DNA of 64,000 nucleotides from Blastocystis sp. Blastoise (Eukaryota; Protista; Bigyra: Opalinata), in NCBI GenBank assembly GCA_039096225.1, contig JBBPEB010000032.1:372001-436000 (forward strand). The letters are read 5' to 3'. A program made the position numbers and the translations under genes. Positions 41,614 through 62,931 of this stretch are shown here, piece after piece. The stretch's first letter is position 1. The number at the start of each line of letters is the position of its first letter. Under the pieces are notes generated by a model, which did no database searches, had not been told where the DNA came from, and worked only from the letters and a program-made list of their open reading frames with translations.

Positions 41614-42046
41614 CTTTCAAAATGTTACGTAATAATGTATATTAACACAAAAACGGAAAAAGATAATTTAAACACAATAATCCTGATTATTTCATATTTC
41701 TATTGTAAACACAAACATTTCTGGGAATTTCCAAACTTTGGTAAAAAAATAAAATTCCCCTGGGAAGTTGGTAAAGTATGGGAATAAATGAAAAAAAAAA
41801 GAAAAGTTCCATGGGGGTAGAGAGAAATGAAATAGAAAAACAACGATAGTTTCAAGTGTTCTTTCATTTACCCCTGGATTGTTGGTTTTCCTTTATTATT
41901 AAGTTGGTCGTTTTTATGTAGACATATTTTCTGAGTGACCTCATAGCATTATAATCAATTAAAGTAAGTTATTAGATTTGATTGAATACCATTTAATTAT
42001 ATCTATTAAAATTTGTGGCATACATAATCCTTTTTATTCTATTAAA

Positions 42047-42729
42047 ATGAGATTTTCCAAAAGAGTTACCCTCCGTCGTAGACACTCTTATTCTACTAAG
42101 AGCAACAGAACCGTTGTTGTAAAAACCCCTGGTTCCAGATTAACTGTTCATTATCTTCATAAGGTTCCTAAGGCCCCCGTTTGTGGTTCTTGCCACAGAC
42201 TTCTTCATGGTCTTCCTGCTATGCGTAATGTTGAATCCAAGAACGCTTCCAGATGCCACAAGACCATTTCCCGTGTTTATGGTGGTCACCTCTGTGCTCA
42301 CTGTGTCCGTGAAAGGTATATATTTTTTTATATATATGACTTTTTTTTTGATATATATACTATTTTTTGTTTTTAAAATATATATCTTTATCTATGAAAG
42401 AGTAGATTATATTGTATAAAAAGAAAATAGAAACAATATATATATATATACTTCGTACAAGTTTAGGATAATTATTACATTTTCAAATCATTAATTATAA
42501 TATATTCAATTCAAAATATTCTTCCATCAAACTATATTTTCTCTATTTATAAAGAATTGTTCGTGCTTTCTTAATTGAAGAACAAAAGCAAGCTCAAAAG
42601 GTTGTTGCCAAGAAGGTCGTTGTTAAGGCTGCTGAACCCGTCGAAAAGAAGGCTGCCAAGAAGTCTAGCAAGAAGACTGAAAAGAAGACCACCGATAAGA
42701 AATCTAAGAAGACTACTAAGAAGAACTAA
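42047..42729 (+). CDS. RPL34: 60S ribosomal protein L34 (two exons)
   Basis: RVTLRRRHSYSTKSNR...KTPG...C..C...[26 protein letters not shown], with a Lys-rich extension. Confidence 0.97.
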
Positions 42730-42928
42730 ACGGTATCTTTGAATTGATTATACACTTGGAAAATTTTTTTGATATTTGGTTTAGATATTCACATACAGTT
42801 TTTTCTTAATATAAATACTATTATAAAATTAAAACGATGCTTTATTTAATTATTTTATATGACAAGACTATTTTATTACAATCAATTATAAGCATTCTTT
42901 TAAAACAAAACAAAAGTTTATCAAAAAG

Positions 42929-44451
42929 TTAGTTTTTTATAGATGACATTTTATCATAGAGATTGACCATAAATTCATAGGTCATGAATGTAATAGAAGA
43001 GTTGGGTACTGTACGCAGTATATTAGGAATAAAGCCACTATAGAGACCACGTATTCCTTCTTTTAAGAAGCTAGTTTTAAGGCAATTGATGAATCCAGAA
43101 TAAATAGATTGTGCTCCAAATTGTTGTAGTCGACTTCGTGTAACTTGTAATGGATAGGTAAGGAAGGAGGCAACAGCTTTTGAAATACCGCCATATATAA
43201 ACCCTGTTTTACCATTATCTGTGATATTAAAATGATGTCCAATTCGTTTACATTCTTCATAAGTTGTTAACTATATAATAGTATAGAATAAATTATTAGT
43301 ATTTATAAAAATATAAATAATTTATTTATTATATATAAATAATATATATATATATATATATACTTGTAATACACCATGAGAGACAAGAAGAAGTGACGGA
43401 ATAAGACCACAATATAATGTTTTAAATCCTTCTTTTTGTACTATTTGTATCAATGCATCTATAGTATAATCATATATATTTATATATTACTTTTAGAAAC
43501 AGGTTTATCATAGTAATAGATTATAAAGACAAAAAAACATCATTATAATATATATATATATAAACCTAAAAATGACTTATATTGTTGTTCTTTTGGAATC
43601 TATATTATAATATATAATAATACATTAAATAAATCAACATAATATATTAAATCAATATAATATATTAAATCAATAGAATATATTAAATCAATAGAATATA
43701 ATAAATAAATATAATAATATATTAAATCAATAGAATAATATATTAAATCAATAGAATATATTAAATCAATATTTAAAAAGCGTGAACTAATCAAAACAAA
43801 TAAATATAAATAAAATGAGTAAAAGTAATATATAAAATTCATGATTTCTATATATATATATACTAAATTCTTTTGTTGTAGTTGCATTCTTGTTTTTATA
43901 ACCCAAATTGGAGCAGTAATAACAGAGCCTATTATTCCTGCTTCTGTTGCACTTAAAAAGTTATAAAACGTATTTAAATTCTCTCTAATAAAATAAATAA
44001 AGTAGAATAGAATAGTATATATTTTATAATTATTCAATTAAATAATAAAAAAAAAGAAGAAGAAGAAACGACTTATTCTATACTAAAAAAAGTATTTATA
44101 TATACGTATGTGAAATTTTTCTATATCTTGTTTTTGCATTTTCATAGAAAGTGAAATAGCAACCCCAAGAAGCAACTGATCCTATCAAGCTTGGGGTAAT
44201 TCCTTGATAAAATGTTTTTATGCCTCTTTCTGTATATATTTCTTTTATTGTATTGCAAAAAGGAGTCACCCATGACTTGTAGACAGTATTATTCACTTGC
44301 ATTCGCGTCCTAATCAAGTCTAATGGATACAACAATATTGTAGGCATAGCTCCTATATATAAAGATATTCTTTATATATATATTGAAAAGGCATACCACT
44401 TGTAGAACCACAAACAAACTGTTTAAAATCATTTCTTCCCCTTGAGGTCAT
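42929..44451 (-). CDS. SLC25A32: Mitochondrial carrier, folate/FAD (SLC25A32/Flx1-like) subfamily
   Basis: Three carrier repeats: PLDLIRTRMQ, PIWVIKTRMQ, PLQVTRSRLQ. Also SWGCYFTFYE and LVSHGVLQ. The PIWV..TR motif is typical of folate/FAD/NAD carriers. Confidence 0.8.
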
Positions 44452-44950
44452 GTTCCCAATAATTTATTTGATGATAAATAGATAAAATAATCCAATATTA
44501 ATAAGAAAATGCTCTCAATAAATGTTTACTCTTAAAAATGGCAAGAGTCTTCTTATTCATTTGATTGGTTGCTCCTTAGGAAAAAAAGAAATTTTAAGAT
44601 CATAAATATGGATGAAAATGTGTCTTAAAGTTCAGAATTCTTTATAGAATATTCTCTAAACAGACGTTGTTTCTCCTTTAATTTTATTTAAATTGAATGT
44701 GTCCTTTTTATAAATAGCATATTTCAAGATGTTTTTTTGAATGCACACTAGAATACTGATCGAAGACAATAAAAAACTTAAAAAAAAAAATGCTAATTGT
44801 AAAAATAGAGCTTGTCTAGTATTGATATGTTATAAAAACTTGAATCATTTTAATATTAATTGCTGACTTATCTGAATCATATTTGAATTGAGAATACAAT
44901 AAAAAAGAAACTTTATAAAAAAAAACAAAGAAATATCACTCTTTAAATAC

Positions 44951-45168
44951 TTATTTCTTATTCTCCGCTTCATGTATATATCCTTCTTTTTCTAACAGAT
45001 TTCGAGCTACATCACAAATCCTCTTAAATCTAGCTATATAAAAATAAAAATAAAAAAAATATTCTTATAGGTATTCTAGGAATAAAATTTAGATTATTAT
45101 TATTATATATATTTATTTATTATTATTATATATATTTATTTATTATTATTATTATTATCTAAGATAAA

Positions 45169-45215
<47 letters not shown>

Positions 45216-45424
45216 TTATTTATTATTATTATTATTATATACATGATCCCAAGAGTGGACCTCCCCACCATCGAGATACGATAACAAGGGCATTTCGAAC
45301 ATCCGTCATTTCTAACTATATATATATATATATTAATAAGAATGATTATACACAGAAAATTCTTTTGAGAAAAGATAATAATAAAGCTGATAATAAATAT
45401 AATAATAATAAATATAATAATAAT

Positions 45425-45512
<88 letters not shown>

Positions 45513-46406
45513 TAATAACCCTAGTCTTCCTCCTGCTGCTGATTCTCCATCATCATCATTATCTTGTATATATGTATTTGAAGATTCATTATAAATACGA
45601 TATGCCCATATATTATGTGTAGCTTTTTCTATTTTTTTATTTTTATATAATTCATTTAATATTATAGGAACAAGTGATGGAGAATTAAGAGGAGCCACAT
45701 GTGCCTATATATATATATATATATCATGAATACCAATATATAATAACATAATCAGAATATAAATATATACTTGGAAAACACTTTTACGATCAGTAATTGT
45801 TTCTCCTGAAACTATATCTGGCTATTATATATAATTCTTAAAAATACTCACTAATAACAAACAAAAAAATACACAAACTAGTTTTCCTATTTGAGAATTT
45901 TCATCAATAATAGCATTTGAATTAATTATTTTATTTTCTTTTGACTCATGATTACCAAGTAAGCTCCTAAACATTAAAAATAAATATAAGAAAAACAAAA
46001 AAAAAGATTTACTTTTTCCGACTTTCGAGAAATGCTTCATCGGTAATATATTCTGTTAAGAAAACTATCCATTGATAAATAATAACATCATGCTCATTTT
46101 CATCATAAATATCTAATAATTTTGAACATAATGTGGACAATAATTCATCAGTCAACCAATCTGCATATAGCTCAAATCCTGGAGGATTTATTGATGGATA
46201 ATCATCGCAAAGTGTAATTGAAAGAACAAGTGGGTTTTGATCGAAAGTATTACTGATGAATATTTTGTATTGTTTCTCATTTACTCTTTAGTAACATCAA
46301 TTTATTTATTAAGAAAATAAAGAAAATACTTTTTTACCAAATCTGGATAAACGATAAATAACATTTCAATCTCTTCTTTTTGTTTTACTTCATCTGAATC
46401 CTGCAT
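44951..46406 (-). CDS. IMPACT: IMPACT/Yih1 protein (RWD + UPF0029)
   Basis: RWD (YPSINPPGFEL), GETITDRKSVFQAHVA, KIEKATHNIWAYRI, QDNDDDGESAAGGRL, VSRWWG..LLGSSRFKRI. Confidence 0.92.
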
Positions 46407-48550
46407 CTTATAATTTTATATGAATATTTAATGCTATATGAAATAATAAAAATGATTTCCAGAAAATAGAAAGAATCAATTGATAAAATTTTATTCAAAT
46501 TTTTGATTTATGTTTGAATTTTCCAAATATTTAAGTATTTTCACTTTTGTGATTTTAGATGATTGCATTAGCATTGCTATATATCTTGTTGTCATTCTTA
46601 TGAATAATAACGGTTTTCAATAATGATTGGATGATGCACATATGTTTAAAATACAGAGTTATAGGTAATGATATGGTAAATACCAAGAAGTGGTCAGATT
46701 CTGAAACAAAATAAGTGAAAGCAAAACTAATCAATTACAGAACTAATAAAAAATGAAGCGTATTCTAAAAACACATCAAAATAAAAGATGAAAAAAAGAA
46801 AAAATAGAATACTTTGCAAAAAAGTAAAGATGAAAAGAGAAAGTTAAGTACTTTATAAGGAAAAAATAAAAAATAAAACAAATAACACACTATAAAAATC
46901 TACAAATAAAAAAAAAATTTCTCGCAAATACAAAAATAGAATTAAACATACACATACACATTACAAAAACGATAATTAATTTATTAAAAGAAACTAATGA
47001 GGATTAAATTATATAAATATATAATTATATATATTCATATAAATAATACATTCTATTATGTATAATTATATTATTAAGAAGAGCAAGAAAAGTTATAAAA
47101 AAATAAATATAAATAGAGTATATAAGAATATAAACAAATTCAAGTTAAGAAAATATATATGTATATTTATGATAACGCTTAATGAATAAGAAATATGATT
47201 TATAAACAATATAAATAATATGAAATATAAAAAGAATATATATAATAAAAAAAAAAAGGAAATTAAATTTATAATATAATACATTATATATAGAGAGTAA
47301 TATATATATAAGAATCACATAAATAGGAATAAATAGAAACTTTGTATTTCTTAAAGGCAAAACAAAATAAGATATATAATATATATTATAATATTCTATT
47401 AAATTAGAAAATATCGATATTATAATTATATATATATATATAGTGAAGGAAGAAATTTAGAGGAAAAACAATAAATAAAACATAAAAGGAGATATTAATA
47501 TATATTTAATAATAGAATATAGAATACTAGATAAATAGGAGAGAATAGGATATATATAAATATTAATAACTACATAAATATATATATAAACTATATATAT
47601 ATATCTATATATACATATAAGGAAAGATTGTAGAAATACAAAGAATAGAGAGGATATCTATGGAAAACAGATATAACTATAGTATAATCTTAAGTATATA
47701 TTTATAGATATAAATATATAACATAAGAATAACACGATACAGTTATATTTGAGTAAAGTATTTATTAAATAAATAAATAAAAAATATAGTAAAAAGAAAA
47801 AAAAATATATATATGTATTAAAAAGAAAAATAAATAAATAGTATTATGATAAAAAGAGAATAAAAAAGAATAAAAAAAAAAGAGTGAAAGGAGAATAAAT
47901 GTAGAATATTAAGAAATGAAGAAAATGACTGAAATGGAGAATGAATAGAAGAAAACAATAGTTAGAATGAGTGGATGAAGAAGAAACATGGAGATAATAA
48001 GGTATTTATAGGTAAATAAAGATATAGAAAGATCACACTGAATATATACATATATATATATATATAGAATGGTTGAATAAGTATAATAAAATAAGCAGGT
48101 AATACATATTTGTATAAAATAAAAAAAAAAATAATAAAAAATAAATATAATAAAATAAAAATAAATTAATTTTACAACAATATAAATATTCCAAGAACAT
48201 AACAGTATATAATAATATATAAGAGGTACTACATATATATAGAGAATACTTTATTTCATATATGTATATTAAGAGGAATAGATAAAGAAGAATATTTATA
48301 TAATTCTATTGAATTATATAATTTTATAGAAAAATAAAAAAAAAAAAAAAAAAAAACATTTATTGTTTATAATATAAGAATAAAATAGAATGAATTATTA
48401 TATTGAAGAGATAATATATATTTATATATATATAATCATTGAATCAAAACTAATAAAGATATATCAACACAAAAACAAATATCACTATAATTATAATAAT
48501 AAAATAATAAATATATATGCTATATATTATATTATAATTGCTATATTATT

Positions 48551-50138
48551 CTATAAAGAAATAGTTTCAATAGATCGACAACCATATACTTCAATTTCAT
48601 TAATAATAAAATGATTAATATTATCTATTTCTCCAGTATTTGTAAATAAGCACATGCCTTTATTTGTACTATTATAAAACGTACTTGAACCGCCAAAACT
48701 GGTATATCCTTCAAGTTGTTCACCAAACAATGTTAAATCACCCTTACCAAAGGAGGGACCGTACAAAACACTATTCACATGTGCGAAATCTGAACGTATA
48801 CATTTAAATTTAGTAGGCATTATTTGAAATGAATTCTGTAACGTAAATATAAATGCTTTTGGATCTCGAACATAATCTATCGCTTCTATATATATATATA
48901 TATATTAGTAAATAAACTATAACATTATTATTATAAATAATAAAAAATAATAATAAAGTAACAAATATAAAATAAATAAAAAACTATATAATAACTATAT
49001 ATATATATATACTTCTATCTGAAGGTGATTTCCAGGAAATACTTGTATATCCTCCAAAAATATTTACTTTATTATTACTAATACTTTTAATTAATACTAT
49101 TGTTTCTCCCATATCATCACAATTATAGTGGAAACTCTCAGGAGTAAAACTATCACGTGATCCGCGATACAATAATGTCCATGGTTTATTTCCTAACCAT
49201 TTCTTTAAATAGGCATGACTATCTAAAGGGAGGATCAACGAACATTCGATAGAACTACGGGCAGATTCAAATTTATTCCATTCACTTCTTAATACACCAA
49301 TAGAAAAATCATTAAATGTATTTTGTATCGCATCTAACATAGGAAAATCATATCGTTTTATTTCTAATACACCTGTTTTGATATAATCAGCAACATAATG
49401 AAAATAATCAACTTTTTGAGGTACTTTTAAGGCATTATTTTCTATATCTATTTCTAATTCACTTATTGGCTGCATATTAAAGTAACTTTTAGTAATACAA
49501 TTCGTTTTCAGATCATTACGATCTATTGTATATATTTCACCACAAACATTCACATTAAACACTTGCTGATTCCACATAGATTTGATTTGTCTGTGATGAT
49601 CTACAACATTCAAAGATTCAGGAACAGGAAGCTTGTAATATTTAAATTCATCATATAAAGTTTCCAAAGTATTCATATCTAATCCTGCAAAATCAATTGG
49701 ATTCTTCTTTAAATATGCAGTAATCATAGGGAAATAATAATCAGAATGATCACTAAATACGCATTGATGCTCAGTTTGATATGATTCAGTTTGAAGAGAA
49801 GTAGATAATAAAGAATCTGGATATTGATCGACTAAGGGCTTCTCAATTTTATAAGTTGTATTATTCTTTGGGAAGTAATAAACACCAAAGGATTGATCTT
49901 GATCTTCATATATATCGTTTTCAGGATCTGAAAAAAGGTGGTAATAGGATTTGGGTGAAGCTGTTTCCATTGTCTTCTTAATGGTATCTACTTTATTAAT
50001 GAAAGATCCTTGAGCTGTACGTAATTCTTGAAGAGAGATTTGAAGAGAAAACTCGATAGAGGTCGATATCTTCTTGATGACCCCTTCTAAACTATCGATT
50101 GCCATGCCAAGATAATAAGGGCTTGAATCGACAACCAT
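48551..50138 (-). CDS. TLDc-domain protein with two BTB/POZ-like segments (two exons)
   Basis: WTLLYRGSRDSFTPESFHYNCD..GETIVLIKS...IFGGYTSISW...DPKAFIFTL...GPSFGKGDL...EIEVY. Upstream QYPDSLL...YFPMITAYL...EFKYYKL and VNVCGEIY...YFHYVADYIKTG are BTB-like. Confidence 0.88.
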
Positions 50139-51700
50139 GTTATTGTTTCTATAGTAAAGATTAGCTTGTTTTAATTATCTAATTAGAATAAAAATTGGTG
50201 AAATAGAAATTCACATTTAACAAAAATCTGTTTTCTGTTTCTTTTGTTTTATTCTCTGAAATTTTTATTCTTTTCGCGAAAATGTGTTATTGTTGTCAAA
50301 CAACTGATAGATGTATTAAAAAAATTTCTTGATGCATCAGGTTGATTTCAAAATTGGCTTTTTTCTTTTTCGCGTCGTTATTTATAAATCCCCCAGAATA
50401 TTTCTCTTTGCAAAATTTACTTTTTCCTTTTGTTGACCATCCAATCGAATGCGACCAACACATCATTTTATTGGTATTTATTTATTATCTGACGAATCAT
50501 ATACAACGTGGTAGATTCGTTACTCTTTTAAACCTCCTTTTTCTATTTTTTTATGTGTTTTAGTTTGTTTTGACGAAGTTATTTTAACTGTATACTATTA
50601 GTTTTTCTTCCATTTTTATTTATAAATCTTATAAACGTTATGAATAGGCTAGTTAACTTATTCAAAATAACTTCAGGTCATTGATGAGCTCATAGCTTTT
50701 TTGAACTTGTATATGGATTCAAAAAATATGATAAGCAATTATGGAAAAAGGCTCTAATCGAATAGAAATATTCTTTTCATCGACTTGAAGCACTTGAAAG
50801 TTTGCTGTTAAAAATTGAATATCTATTTTGTTTATCTTTTTGCTTTTATATTCTACGTAAATCAGTATTAGAACAATATACTCAAAACAATCAAACGAAC
50901 TTAGTTATGATAATAATGATTAGTGTGTTTCTCATAAGAATAATGGATAAATAATACAATGTTAAGTTAATTGCTATATAAAATACAAACTGATGCTAGT
51001 TATACTGATATGATAGTTGTCTCTTCGATTAAATACTCCATCTTTTTTTAGATATGTAAATAATGGTATATAAGCTTCTTTATTCAATTATGTATAGAAA
51101 CTCATATTTAATGAAAAAATTATATATAGATTTAAGCATTTTCAATGAATTCATCAAAATAATTTATTTTATTTTTTGTTGGTAATATAAGTTGATTGAA
51201 TTAGACACCATAGGTTCAAGAATAAATCATCATTATAAAGTAGAAACACATCAATAGATTTGTCGTTCGTTCATCAGTAGGATCTTCATGAAAGCTAAAA
51301 TAGCATAAGTTAAACGACTCATCATTGAGACCAAAAAAATACTGGAATGTCAATAAAAAAAATAAAATTCATTATTATATTTTAAAATAATGAGCCATAA
51401 GAAAATAATCATGAGTAAGTCTTCATAGTCTATTTATTTTCTTTCTTTTTTGGAGAGAATACAGACAACAGAATACATAGAAATAATCTTGGAAAACACA
51501 AAAGATGTAGGTGTTTTTCTATAATTTCCACGGTAGTTGGGAGACATACAATCAATTGATGTTTCATATCTCATTTATCTTTCTTTTAACAAATACTAAA
51601 CGAATATCAATAGATATTTATCAATATCATTTTATCTATTGAGAAAAGAAATCTATATTTAATAATAAGTTAAAAACACAATAATAAATCATTATAAGAA

Positions 51701-58269
<6,569 letters not shown>

Positions 58270-59384
58270 TCACGGTATTTAAATATACTACACAATATAA
58301 TTGATTCTAAATATATAATCAATAGTATATTCTGTTATGCACATTGTAGTTTTTTCTTATTTTTTATACGTTTTTATATATTCATATTTTCTTCTTTTGT
58401 TTATTGCTTAATTTACAATTATTATATTTTTTCATAAAATTTTTGTTTTATTAACAAATCATATTAATATAACATTATATATATTTCTTAAATAATAAAG
58501 AATGAAAAATTCTTCTCATTTTCTTATATATTTCTATATGTATTCTTTTTATTAACTATTAACCTACTTTTCAATTAATTTTAATACACTTTTCCATCAT
58601 TCGATTATTTATTTTTTTATAAATATGTCACTGTTCTATTATATTTTTCATTTTATATATAATTTTTTCTTTTTGTTTTATATTGTTTTTTTTCTTTTCG
58701 TTACTATTTGCTATGTATATATTTATTATTATGTTTAATTTTTTTTATAAACAGTGACTTTTTGATGGCTTAATTAATATTCCATAATATCATGGTTTTG
58801 TTGGTGTATATTATCGAATTATTATTATTAGTACACATACATATTTAAATACATATTTATATACAAAATTTTCATATATATATTAGTTTTTGTTCTATTG
58901 ATTAATGAACTCTATTTTCACTTGTAGGCAGGTTTTTGTTGTTTAGCAAAGTGGCGCTTGGACCACCACAGACAGCCTCAAAAACAACCACCGCCTGGTG
59001 CTGGAAAAACCACATACCGACGGAAAGGTTACCACCAACCGGCGCTTCGAGGACCATTTTTGACTGTGAACAATTTTTTTTAAGAAGCAGTTTCAGAAAT
59101 ATTTTTGGCGGAAACAACACCACTTTTTGCCTCTTGACGAACATAAACACGCGAAATAAAAACACATATTTACTCTTATTTAGCGTAAAGTGGGTATTAA
59201 TGACACATTAACAGGGTCTAATAAGTTATTTTAGAAGTCATTTACATTTAATTAAGATTCTTTTTTATTCTCAAAACAACTCATTTTCATCTCAATTGTA
59301 GTATAATAAAATAACAATAAAAATAACAAAATACAAAAATAATAAATAAATAATTAATAAATTAACATAGTATTTTAATATGTT

Positions 59385-59960
59385 TAACAGCCATCCCAAA
59401 GCATTGTTTTTTGACCATTTTGAGTAGCTATAAAAATGTAATTATAGAAATGTTGATAATATAATAATAATAAATAACATACCTTATATAGAATATATCA
59501 AAAGCAATCGTCCCTTCTAATTCTATACCAGTTCTGACAGCCTATAAAAAGAAAATCATAGAATTGATCAAAAATATAATAATAATAAATAGCATACCTT
59601 TTACAAACACATCAAGCGCCACCTCATCTTTAGTTTCAAAACTATTCTGAAAGACTATAAAAAGTTTAAAATAAAAAATGATAAAAATATAATAATAATA
59701 AATAGCATACCTTGAACACACACATCAAGAACCGATTATACTTCAAGGACCACCAGCTAGAAGAAGACAACTTTCAAACCAAGTCATTCCTGTTCAGTAG
59801 AGCACTAAAGACGAAGTCCTAACTTAATCCAAGAAAAACATTGTGCTCATCTTCTATTTGTTTGAGTCATAAATGATAACAATATAATAGAATATATGTA
59901 CGAATAATGATACATACCATCATAATTCAAAAACAGCAACAACACAATATTTAATAAATA
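59385..59960 (-). pseudogene. Spliced locus with no coherent ORF (lncRNA or pseudogene) built from duplicated exon-intron units
   Basis: Four GTATG...TAG intron-like segments (59428-59482, 59542-59597, 59655-59710, 59854-59917). Two are near-identical 56-nt introns with similar exon ends. The predicted spliced product has stops in all frames. Confidence 0.5.
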
Positions 59961-60699
59961 AAAAAATTATGTGAAAATCTTTTATAAAAAAAATTAAAAT
60001 CCAGCCCCAAAACGGAATTTGTAAAAAATTTCACTACATAAAAACAAATTTTAATTTTACCCCCTCAGTGGTTTCTCTTTTTTTATCTCTTGAGAGACTG
60101 AATACTAAAAAGTTAACATAGTTTAAATGTTACTGTCTATTTATAATCAATGACTATTATTTTTATTTTTGTGTTATGGTAAGTAAAATTAGGTCACTGA
60201 AAGAGCAATGACCAATTTTGAACACAATGAAAACCATATTGTGTTTAATTGTGTAATTATATTAATTATATACTGCTTCATTATGATAGTTAGGTCATTT
60301 AAAAAAAGAAAATGTTAAATCTGATATACTTTTACAAACTGATTGACTAATTCTTTAAAAATATTTTTTATGAATAATTACTGGTTCTTTTTATTGCTAC
60401 ATACTTGTAGAAATGAATGTATAAAGAAATAAGTTTTTAGTGAATCAATTCAAAGAGTATTAATAGAAATTAAAGTGTAAAAAAAAATATTACTATAAAC
60501 AAAACTATATATGTATAAACCTCTTACTTATTTAGCTAGAAACGTTAATAATAAACTAATTAATATTCTTATGATATAAAATAAAAGAAGAAATAAATAA
60601 ATTAAACAAAATAATATTATAAACGAATATATATATAGTATTTAGTAGATAATAAAAAGAATAATAACATGAAATAGTAATTAAATATATATAATATTT

Positions 60700-62183
60700 T
60701 ATTCCAGTTTATTATGTTCATAAAGCGTTCGTTCGATTGATTGTAAGAGAAGTTAACAGAAGAATGGATAGAGAAGCTTATTTTATATAAATAATACTAA
60801 TAATAATAAGATATAGATTTAGTATAATAGATTAAGAAGAAGGTAAGATTAATAATAATAATAATAATAATAGTTATATATACTAATAGCTTCATTAATT
60901 TAAAACAACTAAATATAATCTTCTGTATATATATAAGAAACATAAACTTCATTTTCCCCTATATATAATTCTTTTATAGCTCCTATATTTTAGCTATTAT
61001 TATTTCATCATTTTATTTAATATTCTTCTGTTATTGTATAGTTAAAAAAACAAGTTGATACAATACATACCTTTAAATATATATGTATAATAAAGTGGCA
61101 TATAGTAAAGAATGTCAGGCTTCATATATATATTGGGATATAAATTGAAGAGAAGGGATATAAATTAATAGAATTGCAGCATAATCTGACTTTCAAAATC
61201 TATATATATGTATAAGTATATAATAATAAATATGAATATATGCCATTTTGATAGTTGTTGAAATTGTTCATGACATAATAGGAGAGATGAGGAAGTAGTA
61301 TATATATAGAATCATAGGTATCAGATCTATATTGACCTATATATATAATAAAATATTATAATAATAATATTACAAATAATAATAATATGCATAATAATAA
61401 TAATAATAATCACAATACATACCCACAATTTGTGAGAGTAGTTGAAGACCTAAAAGGGGAGGTAAGGTGACTGTAGTGGGTAGGCAGTGGGTAGAGACGG
61501 TAGTGGGAGGGGTTTGAATGGGTGTTGGGGAGGTAGTTGTTATATATAGAGAGGAATCAGGATTTGTAGGTAGAGAGAATAGGTAGGAGATCAGAGAAGG
61601 AAGTAAAGGAAGACTATATATATAGTTATATATAATAATAATAATAATATGCTTTATTAAGATATTATAAATAAATAATAAAACAAAATACATTTCTTTT
61701 TTCATAATATTAATATAACTCTTTAATAAGTTGACAATAAGTACATATACATCTAATGTATTAATATATATAGAAGAGAGAGAAGTAATCATATTCATAA
61801 TCTCTATTAATTCTTCATTTACATGTAAATAAAAAGGATTTAAATCTGGTTGGCGGGGAAGAGGGACTGATGAATTCTCAATTTGGCGGGAACTGAATGT
61901 TTGTAATCCATCAAGAATAGATGTCAAACAATTTATTATATAAGTCATATAATCATCTATATATATGTATATATAATAATAATAATAATAATAAATATTT
62001 ACAAATATATAAATATAAAATATAATCATAATCTTAATAATAATATATATAATTACGAATAATTTGTTCATTAGAAATATTATTATTTGAGGGGTTTTGG
62101 TTATGAATACAGGCACTTATATTGGATATACAGAAACGAATAGAACTCTATATATATGTATATATATATGCTGAAATATAAAC

Positions 62184-62240
<57 letters not shown>

Positions 62241-62634
62241 TTTATATACCTTATGAAAATCAAAATCTTGTCGAAGTAAACGTGTGAATGAACATATTTC
62301 AAACAATATATATAAGTATTCTAAGGGTAGTGAAGAAGGTACTGAAGGGTAGGGAGAAAGAAGAAGAGAAGGCTTATATAATAATAATAAATATAATAAT
62401 AATATCAAATATAATAATAATAATACATATAATAATATATGCATACCTTAAGTAATGTATATAGTTCTTCTAGTTGTTCATCAGTAATAAATATTTTATG
62501 TATATATTTATTTAGTAAATATCCACTTCTCTTCATAAGTCCTTTTTCTTGGCATTGTAAACCAAGTATATATATAGAGAAACAAACGTCATATGTATTC
62601 TCCATTGAAGAAAGAAGATTTGTATATCTATAAC

Positions 62635-62699
<65 letters not shown>

Positions 62700-62857
62700 A
62701 TAGTAAATAATAATAAATGTGATAATAATTATAAGTCTATATTTACCTATATATAGTTTCTTCAAGAATAGAAATAACAAACACATGCTTATGGGCAGCA
62801 TAATCGCGGTTATTCGAGAAACACATTAACATATTCACAACAAATGGACCCATAGAA

Positions 62858-62931
<74 letters not shown>

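Noticed and set aside
46407-48550. 2-kb AT-rich purine-skewed gap
   Set aside because: No exon or RNA-gene signal; probably UTR or intergenic sequence.
50630-50960. Weakly coding-looking stretch between the TLDc and membrane-La genes
   Set aside because: Stops and frameshifts in all frames and no recognisable motif or splice pattern.
58902-59211. Two antiparallel ~90-aa ORFs
   Set aside because: Non-ATG starts and atypical codon usage; explained by the locally higher GC.
60850-61200. Stop-codon reassignment (TAA/TAG read as sense)
   Set aside because: Long exons elsewhere have no in-frame TAA/TAG, and TAA terminates most genes. The anomaly is local.
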